NCBI GenBank assembly: GCA_950097015.1
Contig: CATNEN010000029.1
Span: forward strand, 3,534,001 to 3,598,000
DNA: 64,000 nt
Source: Macrostomum hystrix
Lineage: Eukaryota; Animalia; Platyhelminthes
Reading direction: 5' to 3'
Part shown: positions 55,401-63,266 of the stretch, in pieces
Layout: the number at the start of each line of letters is the position of its first letter
Position numbering within the stretch: the stretch's first letter is position 1
Translations under genes and position numbers: made by a program
The notes under the pieces: generated by a model
The model's input: only the letters and a program-made list of their open reading frames with translations
What the model was told of the DNA's origin: nothing
The model's database searches: none

Positions 55401-58400
55401 ACACTTGGCCAATCTAAGCGATATTTTTTCGAATCAAGATAGTCAAACAATTCGTTTACAACATAAACTTTCCCTTTATTAGTACACCGGTTATCAACGG
55501 GAAAAGCTTTAATAACAAAAAGGGCTGGGACGGTGACAAACAAAAAAGCGCGCTTCGAGACCCAGGTATGTTTGTATCTTACCACGTAAAGCCATGCTAC
55601 AGAACTACTTAACAGAAATTCTTAACTACAGAAGAATTAAATAACTTTTGTTACGAAAATTAACGAGAATTTTAGTTCTAATTTAAACTAAAACACTATT
55701 AGAAGACTTGGTTAACAAACTATGCGATCATGTTCTAAGCATGAGGAATATCATATTTTAAACAAACTTACATTAATCACTGAATCGTACCATGGTGCTC
55801 GAAGTAACCTGTTCGTACTGTCCTGGGTGACCCGGTATGTCAAATAGAAGCCTTCATTGGCTTCTAAGCCAGACAGTCGAATGGACGTCAGGTAGTGAAT
55901 TTCTTTGAAATTAATATTAATAACCTGCTCATTGTCAGCTGTGAATTTGTCGATGGAATAATTGCTTGGGGCGATAACGCTTCGAACTGGAAAATGTATA
56001 TTTCAGTAGTTACTAAAAATATACTCTTCAGCGATCAAATTTTCTGCCTTTTGCACTTGCAAACACATCAGAAAAGAAGCCTTTCTCGGCAAGGAATGCG
56101 AGTAAATAAAAAATAATACGACTTACGACTAGCCGTTGGGTATCCAAGCACCTCCAACTTCCAGCTGTTCAGGTACCAACTGCTAGTCAGTATCACCTCT
56201 AGTAGTCGGGTATCGATCGGGCTGGGTAGAAAGTTGATTCCAGGAATAGTGTCCGTGTATCGAATGTGTTGAAATGTAATCTGCGATTGGGAGTTTAAAA
56301 AGCTTTGAGACTAGAGTGCAGGAAATACCTTTCGAAATAAAAAATTATTAATAAAATAATCAGTTGTGACTGCTCATGCTAAATTTCTTAAAACTCGAGC
56401 CAGAAAGCTTCGCAACTGCAGCTTGAATGGTGCTTGTGCGGCAAGATTGCTATTTTAAATTACTAGCATAATTACTAGCGCCAAGACCAGATTTAACACC
56501 AATCGCCATGCATGTACCTTTTCGATAAAGCCTCTTCCTAAAGAAGGAAAAAGCTTTCCTGGTCATGGTGAAGTTCTATGGCTAGTTGCTAGGCTATCTG
56601 TCGATTGGCCGAGATGGATTTCAGAACAACTGTAAGCCTTCACGACGCTAAAGCGAATGATTATGACACCACCATTTTTTTTAGTTTTAGACATTGGTTC
56701 ATGGACACATGAGAAAATGCCCCTCTGTTTGTATAAATTGTGACGATCAGCCACCCCAAAGCATGAGGAAGCTATGCAGCTGGAGCCAAGTGTCCAGCCG
56801 ATTTTCAAAATTTTCGTGGTTGCAGTATGCTCGAGTGAGTTGGAAAATTTTGTGATTTGTTTTGACTTTACACTCGCTACTAGCATTTTTTACATAGCAA
56901 TTGCGTTTGTTGCGTTTATAGGTGGTGAGACTCTAGACAGGAGCCGGTTCCCAAAGGGCTTGTTTAGCAACGGAGCAGGCAAGCACGTACAGTCAAAACA
57001 ATAAATGACTCTTAAAAATTGAATAACATACAACAATTAATTCTACATTGACATAATCGATAAGAGAGAAAACAGTTGAGTTAAGAACAAAACTATCTGA
57101 ATCATTCAGAACTTTGGAATGAACTAAGAAATATCAAGACTATGAGGACTCACGTAGCTGCTAGTCTGGTCCACTACGTCTTGCATTCTCCTGAAGTCAT
57201 TGTATAGAGAATAGCGCAGCCGATAGCTCAAAGGGCTCCCACGAAGGCCCGTTGAGCGCTTGCCGCTGCCCTGAACAATCGTGCCGGTGACGGTCATGTT
57301 AATCGGGAAGTAGAATCTGACGTACGATGTGGTGGTGCCGAGTGTCTGGAAACGAAGAGCGCTCTCCACGAACGGAGTCTCGACCGCCGAGAGGGGCAGA
57401 GAGAAGAGGCCGCCCAGATTCTGTGAGGCCCCGGCTACCATCCACTCAAAGTGGACGTACTCACCCAGGCCCATCGGCATCTGGGCTAGCGAGTTTAGTT
57501 GTGGATCCGCTAAAACGGAAGGCATGAACAATGGAGCAAAAAAGTAAATGTCCTGAATATACTCGTACTTTATGCCCTCTGTGAGGGCAAGATGAATAAT
57601 TTGCTAATTTTCTCTAGAGAAAGTAAAAATCGAAACTATAAAAGCGCAAGATCATACCATGCCGTGTTCCGTAGACTTCTATTTCAGCGATGCTCAAATG
57701 CTCTGATATGCCGTCGTCCTTTCGCACAGTGAGATATCTTGCTGTCTGAAAGGATAAATTTATTTAGCTTAGCCAAAAAACTCTACAAGTCAGAACAGAA
57801 AACAACAAAAGAAATGAAATCACTTTTTTACAATCGAACATCAGATAGTCAATATACTTGAGATCATCTGGCTTTTGAAAAGTATTCCCTTGTTTATAGC
57901 AGCGATCATCAACAAGAAAGGTTGGCGTGCCGGTAATGGTTTCCATCTGGGCAAAATATTCAGTGTTCCGGACTGTATATACGTCTGGAATCATATCAGG
58001 GAGTAGACTGCATAGATGAAAATGTGGACCCAATTTACGGGCGTACGGGCTCTGTTTAATCGAGTTGTTGCAAAGTATTAAAATATATTTTTCTACTCAC
58101 GGCTGTCTCCAGCATTCCTCGTGTAAACAACAACATAAGAAAAGTTTCTCGGCACAATCATATCAACATAGGCCCATCGCACCGCATTTGTGGCAGAAAC
58201 GATGAAGAATGAGTACGTGTTGCCATATGTGTTGGTCACACCATCGGTGGCCCTGTATCCAGGGTAGGTGCTGCTGTACAACGAGGAGAGCTGAACCGGC
58301 AGGTACCGAGAGAGCAGCCAGGGGAATCCAGCCCCTACGTTTACATCTGTAGGTTGCAAAAGAGTGAATTAATAGTAAAGAGTAAATAAATGCTCTTTCT

Positions 58401-61400
58401 GATATAAACACCCATTAAAAAACTAAATTGTTTTTTTGACCTACCGTTCGCCAGCTTTCCATACAGCATGAACTTGAGCTGGTAGTTTCCATTGAACCTG
58501 GCCTGAATGTGGCGCATCCCAAGCAGAAGCTTAGGTGGCTTCATCGAAATGAAACTAGACTGCCATGTGCTAGAACTAATGAACAAAGGAACGCTGTATG
58601 CATTAACTCCAATATCCAGCGGAATCCAAGTGAGAAGGTCGGACGACCACAGCCGATATGTTTCGATAGCTCCCAAGTTTTGATCGACAGAATCGGATCC
58701 TCGACTATATCCACAGTAATATACCCACACTACGGATGAGAATGAGACCTGAAATATCAATTCATTCTTGTTTAAACGATCTCCAACAATGGCATTATGA
58801 AGTGGTTCACTATTCATAGAAAGCGCACCTGGTGCCAGTCTTGATTATCTTCATAAAAAAAGGACGGCTGCCAAAATCCAGAATTTATTGAATCTAAAAT
58901 AGAACGAATGATTGTCATGCTTTGTTCCACTTGACCACCAGTAGTTCTAATACTTTGAGCATCTTATTCAGATTTTTTTCCTAAAACTGGAACTAGCAGT
59001 TAGTCTTTGTTGCTACGTAGAGAATTCTCAAAGTCACTCACTCGGAACTCCAGGGAACTGTACTACCACACCGTTGTACTCGGTGTCGCCCGGCTGCTTG
59101 GAGAATCCGGCAGACTTTATCGTGAAATTCACCGATCTGTTTGGGTCCGAAAACACGCCGACCAGCGTCGAATCGATGTAGACCTCAATAGTCAGGTTCT
59201 CATCAGCAGTGCTGTTGTACTGAAACCTGAATGACAAATCGTGGAAGTCGAATACGTTCTGCCTTCCCATCTGAGCGAGGGTGTTCGTCTTGTTGAGATA
59301 GAAAACTGCATTCAGAGGAATCTCGCCAGAGCTGATGGCCTTGTTCAGCACCCAGCCATTTGAGATCCACAGAACATTCGCCGCAGAGTCACCGGTCAGC
59401 CGAAACCGGATGCGCTGCAAAGCAATAAAGAAGATAGTCGCATTTACGAATTAATTTGGAGAATCTAAATTGAATCAAAGCTGCAAAAGCAAGAACCACA
59501 TTGATACAATACAATATAACAGTCAGAAGCGTCCTCAGTCACCTCGTCTCGCATTGTTCCGTATGTAGATCCAGCGGTCAGGAAAAAGTCAGCGTATGTG
59601 TCTCTAATCAGAGTGGAAAATGCGATGCTTCCAGATGCTCTCAGATCCGTCTCAGCAGAGTTCGGAATTCGATTCACGAAGGAGCTCCCAGGAATGAAGT
59701 TTACGTCATTATCTAAAGCAGTTTGACTTTTTAGAGTTTCTATGCATCGATACACTACATTATATCATTCAGGTTTATTTTTTCGTCAACGTACAATGAT
59801 CTCCGTAGATTTTCAAATAATCGACCGTGTGATATCCACAGCTCTTCCTTCTCGTCAAAACAATGTATCTCCCAATGCTTCGAGGGTGGCAATGAAAGAA
59901 CAGGTGGTTGTCGCTCGGGTCGCTTCTTTCCTGTATGCCACAAGATTTCCAATAGTCAAAGGCTGTCTCGTCCAAACTTGAATTCCAATTGTTCGAATAT
60001 CCAGTCCAAATGCACTTCATCTGACTGGCTGTAAGCGGAAATATAAGCTCGTTTTTGGCCTGCGTCCAATCGAGCACTATTACAGGTAATTTGCCTTACC
60101 TGAACTTGTTTTAGGTACAATAAGACTAATAATAGTTAGAGTTTTAAGATCGATCAGTAAGTAGTAGATATTTTCCGCTGTTACATAAGACTGGTAGCTT
60201 GTCGTAGTCAACCCACTGAAGCCATCGTAATTGTTGGTGTAAGCAATCTTGATTCCTTTGTTCATAAAGATTTCCGAGAACATGCTCTGCATGCCCCTCC
60301 CACTGTAGAAACTCGCGTCAGAGTAGGTTCTTGTCGCTGAAATTAAATTTTATGTTGTACTCTGAGACGTACTCGTAAAAAATAATATAGATTATTGATG
60401 TGAATTCAGTCGAAGAAAAGTTCATATTATATCCACTGTACAGATCCAGGTGCGTCAAAAATTAAGAGCATGTAACAAATCCTGTTTCGCACTCACAGCA
60501 GTCCGGCACCTCGCAAGTGATCCTTGTCCCGCTAGTACTAACGCAAGTAATTGAGTTGGCCGCTAAAATGTGTTTGAATGGCTCACACCACATTTGTCCT
60601 CTCTAGACATATATTTAATTTTTAGAGTTTTCTTACTTACAAGTTCTGCACTTGCTTGTGGCGGCTGGCCAAGCGCTGGAACGAATGCAACCATCGCCGT
60701 TCTGATTTACATCCAGATCGCCATAATATTCACGGTACCATTTGCACACCCTGTGACCTGAAGAGGCAAAATGCTTTTGTACATTTTATAATTTTCATTG
60801 CTGATTTCGGAACAAATCTTCTAATAACATAACTTCTTGCAAATATTGTAGTAAACGGAATCAACGCTAGATATTTTCCTTAGCACACTCGCGACAATAT
60901 TTTTGTTTTTTAATACCAGCCTATGTTAATTATATGCCGGATACACCTAATACGAGCGAATTTTTTCAATAGCTTGTTAGTTAATTGACACTAGTTATAT
61001 TGGAATTGACCTAGGCTTTAGGTACTCTCAACTTGTTTGCGCTGTAAATTCTGGCTCTTTAAGACGTAATACTTAAGTCTAGACAAGATATTCTAACTAT
61101 AAGTTTGGCTAACTCTGGACTAAGTCAAAGTACACAGGGGATGAGGGGCAGAGCGGTCTAATGCGTTTGCCTCTCGCACCATGGTCCCTGAGCTCGATTC
61201 CGCGGCGAGGCCACTTTCATTTGGGGCGCGGTCGCGGAGAGAAGGCTTGGGGGGCTTGTCGAGCAATTTGCACGATTGAGGGCCAACCTCCAAGGCACAG
61301 TGAAAGTGTACACTGCCTGTCGATGAGTAAGTCAGGGCAGATGTACACATATGTGTAAGCGTGTACCTGCGTGTGTGTGCTCAGGAGTCAGTGAAATGGG

Positions 61401-62726
61401 CAGAATTGCCTCCTGGATGGTTCTGGGTCCAGTGCATCAAATGATGTGCCATTGTCCATAGCAATCCTGCGATTATTAAGTCAAAGTACACAGGCCTGCA
61501 GGCTAAAACTTAGCAGAGAATAAAATTTATCAAATTTCTCGTGGGTGTCGAATTTCCTTTTTGATAAAATAATAATAATAAAACTAGTTTTAAAAGTGAA
61601 ATAAGACTGCACTTACTTCCCGTCCGAAAAGTGTTATTGATAAGCACATATTCTGGCCTCGCATAGTTAATGAATGATGAGGCACTGAAGCTGACGTTTA
61701 GCTTGCCGGGAATACCAAACAACAGCGGAATTCGTTCTTCCTCCGCTGTAGAAACGGATAAAAGTAAGAGACAGTTTTTGAGCTGCTTCCCTACCTGCTT
61801 CTGGGTAAAGCAGAGGAGCAGCTAAATTGATGTGTAATGCTTCTGAATCAGATAATATTACTTACCCATGCATACGTATTCGTATGACTGCCAGCTCGAT
61901 TGTCCGACGGTGGCCAGCGGATAAGAGGCCCCGCTGGTGCGCAGCAGGTAGTACCTATCCCGCGAAACAGAGTCGCAACCTATTGCCTAATGACAATAGC
62001 AGAGAATCAAGGAGTTCGTCTCTGGCTTTAAAGCAAAATGCATTTACGACATGTTTTCTTACTCCGCAGTATGTTACTCCGTATGAATCTGAGTTGCCAC
62101 TCTGGACTTGATATAGAATATTTATGGGGCTAAATGAAGCCAGACCAGTGAAGTAATTGATGACGTCATCGCTTCCGCTGACATCCATGCTGATTGCAAG
62201 GCTCAGAAACGATGAGGAGCAACTATCTAAAATTTTGTTAATTCCAATTTTCCAGGAAAGTCTCATTGTGCTGACTGAGCCGTTCTACCGAGAATCTACT
62301 CATAAAACAACAGAATTAACTGCTGCTTTCACTCACTGTTGGGCGTTGTGGCAGGCATCTGACATAGAAAAAATAATCCCATGGAGCAGCTCTGTAGGTA
62401 GAGCCGACCGAGGTTTATGTTGTAGGATGCGCAGTCTAGGCCGTCTCCCTCTGTCAGACCCAGGTAGAACAGATCATCAGGCACCGGGTTGCCCTCTGAA
62501 TTACTGAACCGGTTACCAAGGGAGGCGTTGCGGCTAACGCCAACCCACAAGTTCCAACTGAGCCACTCAATATTGCCCATGAGAGCCAGATCTTCTCTGC
62601 CCCTAGGCACATAGAGAGTCCCGTTGTTATATCCAGCACAACTGGCAGCAGCTGCGGCCTGCTGATAGCTACTGGTGAACAGACGGATGCAGCGATCAAA
62701 GTGCTGCATCCATGGAGCTGGGCAGA
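13959..62726 (-). CDS. Very large polycystin-1/PKD1L/REJ-family receptor with a mosaic lectin ectodomain; multi-exon, 5' end not found
   Basis: Continuous series of - strand exons with GT-AG ends. Phases were checked by eye for the 3' half (13959-26131) and for many upstream exons. No internal terminal exon or signal peptide was seen. C-terminal domain order is canonical for PKD1-type proteins. Continuity of the whole span as one gene is inferred. Confidence 0.7.
16606..18012 (-). CDS. PLAT/LH2 domain and TM2-TM5 of the polycystin; exons 17845-18012, 17610-17770, 16606-17512
   Basis: YLLDVYTGASKNSGTESAIYFSLVG, HLGDIKYMMIWHDGSG, WFLNRIIVTD, DDHLWMSLMSR..NFSRLQRLGVCFSILF, LPHWFQYIGWVL are typical PKD1-family motifs. 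Confidence 0.92.
18103..19445 (-). CDS. GAIN/GPS-like region and TM1 exon
   Basis: FATNNPYVW, SCQRWEEAFNRW..ANC, then FRSNLFGSLG..PNLIDF and a hydrophobic TM (AAVVLSTVIALWCLFIPLAVIL) followed by RRLDKKD. Confidence 0.85.
19586..20977 (-). CDS. REJ domain exons (20808-20977, 20296-20732, 19998-20222, 19772-19897, 19586-19679)
   Basis: CVRNC..LQYRW; VNSPPLGGNCSVNPLRGIAMETKFQINCSGW..LTYEY..LPVG..D.LG, the classic REJ motif; exon lengths fit the phases. Confidence 0.88.
21053..25205 (-). CDS. 4.15-kb exon: three Cys-motif Ig-like modules, multiple PKD repeats, start of REJ
   Basis: 1384-aa ORF; PKD motifs FSFNFGDDSP..HNFTKVGNYTVNLTVWN, WNYPNHGVYDVQVTAFN, HLYPWYGSYSASVFAFNHVS; REJ start LWYGVYNVLLNLSM..FTWVC. 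Confidence 0.9.
25277..25420 (-). CDS. EB-module/EGF-like exon (phase 1-1)
   Basis: Frame not in the ORF track: LSEDCTSDLNCVIVNRSVCLAPDTMYRTRCNCTVGWYLNRGMCKP; 144 nt, AG/GT ends. Confidence 0.7.
25523..26131 (-). CDS. Fibrinogen C-terminal-like (FReD) domain exon (phase 1-1)
   Basis: WIVI..NRSFEDYRRGF..FWIG..YRLRIDMWD..FSTFDN..SCA..GSGWWY..C; 609 nt. Confidence 0.9.
26339..27445 (-). CDS. Discoidin/FA58C-like domain exons plus an unassigned exon (~26880-27445)
   Basis: C-terminal AMKFDVFGCP motif; YTGFDLEYSDL middle segment. Confidence 0.55.
27478..28083 (-). CDS. C-type lectin-like domain 5 (two exons)
   Basis: ECPKNFYYYNGRC..ARQYC..GRLFVP | HIGV..W..WKNWRFDEP..C..W..C..FVVCE. Confidence 0.85.
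28477..29837 (-). CDS. Tandem discoidin/FA58C(-like) domain exons
   Basis: RSAGKLEVFGC; AVVTAGGSSYYVTSYELYYG..PVVAKY..RLGFLGFP; further degenerate copy at 28477-29110. Confidence 0.75.
31021..32385 (+). mobile_element. Full-length Tc1/mariner (DD34D mariner) transposon in a 3.5-kb intron of the polycystin gene
   Basis: Perfect 26-bp TIR core CGGGTGTGTCATAAGTAATGTCACTG (31028-31053 / 32353-32378), extending to 33 bp with 2 mismatches including flanking TA dinucleotides; ~1.36 kb; single intact ORF. Confidence 0.95.
31246..32307 (+). CDS. Mariner transposase, 353 aa, uninterrupted
   Basis: HTH region, WVPHDL, catalytic VEDETW / QMDNARPH / YSPDFNLCD with exactly 34 residues between D2 and D3. 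Confidence 0.95.
   Translation: MNHDKTHIQFYAFIRFKLGKSALEVEEDLRNTLPDNCPTRRTIYRWFQNFTDPGFELGDAARSGRPCSTRTIENIEVISDLVKEDPRQSVRELADCLEIDFKTVHRILTEDLHLRNVCSVWVPHDLTADQRQARVNCANQIRKVFSSRGLDDILNCLVVEDETWLHLDGKSSKADNCCWLGAGDSRLTVTRRSISDKKTMLLVAFTPNKRVSICTTPPNTKVDGQYFIDFVRHTGNLWRTLRSNPIHLNEVLWQMDNARPHTCQAVSDFLAGRRVNLLWQSPYSPDFNLCDRFLFKWLKADFSQRSFANHDEVKEAALHWFRQLEEKHLQAEVEKLYEHCQRGIDIGGHYVVD
33328..33560 (-). CDS. N-terminal half of a discoidin/FA58C domain; joins 29837 across the mariner-containing intron
   Basis: Frame different from the ORF track: GSWRAASTDLDEWLQLSF..YVLEYSDDSLYWYRY, donor GTGAGT at phase 0 matching the phase-0 acceptor at 29837. Confidence 0.8.
33697..34052 (+). repeat. Minisatellite of 18-bp unit TATCTAAGATGCTGTACG, ~19.8 copies
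   Basis: Near-perfect head-to-tail units; variants only in copies 2 and 5. Confidence 0.98.
34495..35070 (-). CDS. Exon with an unassigned module followed by a kringle-like domain
   Basis: YAGKHWTIQNGGGVCPKW..DGSLYDANNYCRMP..C..C..C resembles kringle Y.G..T..G..C..W..NYCRNP. Confidence 0.7.
35300..36140 (-). CDS. LamG/concanavalin-like domain exons
   Basis: VGFWPL..GALFLLGNSNSTLEVP..YTVCFY..WHYFCLAV..LVVIEG..LVL. Confidence 0.65.
36830..37905 (-). CDS. C-type lectin-like domain 4 followed by an F-type lectin (FTP) domain
   Basis: DCPFGFFRHKDSCYW..C..GHLASP | W..WDG..WKFW..C..W..C..FICE; ATAANDG..WWRVDM..VTEVWIYLRTD | CGFYGRYV..SFAEVVVY. Confidence 0.85.
38550..39890 (-). CDS. Tandem discoidin/FA58C domains (unit C end)
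   Basis: IGNPIGMEDGII..; GFVIQGS..YVRSFKIFYGDD; PFKAKIIQFRP..KFEILGYP; SFLFRGC. Confidence 0.8.
39960..41575 (-). CDS. F-type lectin domain interrupted by a complete kringle exon (40494-40787)
   Basis: GNDGN..YWMIEF..IRRIRV | kringle CGDA..YFGRQNVTSSGYTCQNW..NYCRN..WCYTTNP..C | IFVSNS | FAGIR..LSFAEFEAYG. Confidence 0.8.
41680..42715 (-). CDS. Unassigned beta-rich domain plus FA58C domain exons (unit C)
   Basis: FDKFVRLQWITLQGG..YYVYYSEDARYW | LRVFP..MKLQLYGCPY; 42293-42715 has no recognisable motif. Confidence 0.65.
43552..45139 (-). CDS. Kringle-like exon and F-type lectin domain (unit C)
   Basis: C..SRGDSDFFLHDLNVTRDGIACAAW; HYYHP..VLVDLK..IAGVDFQSR | VSSS..C..TCSRVMLGRYLVL..DQIFVF. Confidence 0.7.
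45230..46310 (-). CDS. C-type lectin-like domain 3 and unassigned module X (unit C start)
   Basis: ECPDGFTPHFDVCVRI..C..GTLFMP | HIGVRRNSSTGNWEWFDG..YFVCE. Confidence 0.8.
46500..48680 (-). CDS. F-type lectin (3 exons) and tandem FA58C domains (unit B end)
   Basis: YIAIDL..IDKVYVW | YISNS | SARYVGV..TICEIEVYGYP; GFIVQGS..LRILY | PFQAQIVRV..KFDFLGFP. Confidence 0.8.
49070..49400 (+). pseudogene. Frameshifted SAP-domain plus coiled-coil ORF, probably a transposon (gag-like) relic, antisense in an intron
   Basis: LESCTARELRRLLDQQGLSKAGK / KAILLERL fits the SAP pattern L..L...EL+..L...GL...G.K..L..RL once one A is added in GGAAAAAGG (~49140); followed by IGAAERRIRLLELKRK. Confidence 0.55.
49700..52040 (-). 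CDS. Kringle-like, F-type lectin, unassigned beta-domain and FA58C exons (unit B)
   Basis: C..SRADYQFYDSPWSVTEQGYACANW; QYYHP..WWLLLDLK..MRVDP | CYNW..TCNTPQTARYLVL..NYINVMG; FDDFVTVYVISIQAG | IRWMLYGC. Confidence 0.75.
52960..54529 (-). CDS. C-type lectin-like domain 2 and unassigned module X (unit B start)
   Basis: ECPSGWRPLYNICLRI..C..GTLFMP | FHVGAYRNASTGRWFWLDG..C..C..PLCQ. Confidence 0.85.
55130..58330 (-). CDS. F-type lectin (3 exons) and FA58C domains (unit A end)
   Basis: RATDG..WAYVDM..YVVVYTRN | .. | TARYLTVRK..LSIAEIEVYG; TGTIVQGS..YRLRYS | PIDTRLL..KLEVLGYP. Confidence 0.8.
58440..60760 (-). CDS. Kringle-like, F-type lectin, unassigned beta-domain and FA58C exons (unit A)
   Basis: EYYGDLDVNQNGDGC..C..ITC..C; YLLIDLK..II | C..FHCHPRSIGRYIVL..DYLKIYG; YRLWSSDLLTW..LKFMLYG. 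Confidence 0.7.
61137..61476 (+). mobile_element. tRNA-derived SINE, copy 2 (younger), in an intron of the polycystin gene
   Basis: A-box-like GGCAGAGCGGTCTAATGCG, B-box-like GAGCTCGATTCC; exact 18-bp direct repeat TAAGTCAAAGTACACAGG at 61121-61138 and 61477-61494; short ATT tail. Confidence 0.88.
61990..62726 (-). CDS. C-type lectin-like domain 1 (single exon 62337-62726, phase 1-1) and module X; most 5' recognisable exons
   Basis: CPAPWMQHFDRCIRL..C..GTLYVP..LWVGV..C..C..FFLCQ. Confidence 0.85.
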
Positions 62727-63266
62727 CTGTGGGTTCAGTTCGTTAGTTCATTACTGTCTACATATTTCAAATGTATTTTAAATATAAACTACAGAAATAT
62801 AATATTTTTTAACTTTTACAAGCCTTCTGTCCTCCTAAGTAGGAAGAAAAAAAGTTATTTGAAAGGGCAGAGAAGCACATGCCCTTAAAAAATCGAATGA
62901 TATTCTTATATAACTTATAAATTATAATTCTTATAATATTCTTATAGCCTTTAACTTCGGACTTCTGACGGGAGGAGGAAAGTAATTTGTGTCCTTGACC
63001 TTTGCGTTACAATTCACTCAGCTGTGGTAGCAACTCTGACGGGTAATGCGACCTCCTCAGTCCATGGACTTAGCAGCTGTACACAGCACCGCTATATATT
63101 TGGCCCATCTGGGCTAGGTGTAAGCTCTGTCTAATAACATAATAAGCTTCTGCAATTCCAAACTCATTTTAATTAGCTACTTTCGAGTCTGCAGAACCTC
63201 TATCAGGTGCAAATTTTTTTTGTCGGAATCCATTGAAAGTTGCAAGACCCTATTGTCTCTCTATAG

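Noticed and set aside
62990-63120. Candidate first (signal-peptide) exon of the polycystin gene
   Set aside because: All frames are short or closed; the only ATG option (MGQIYS) gives no signal peptide
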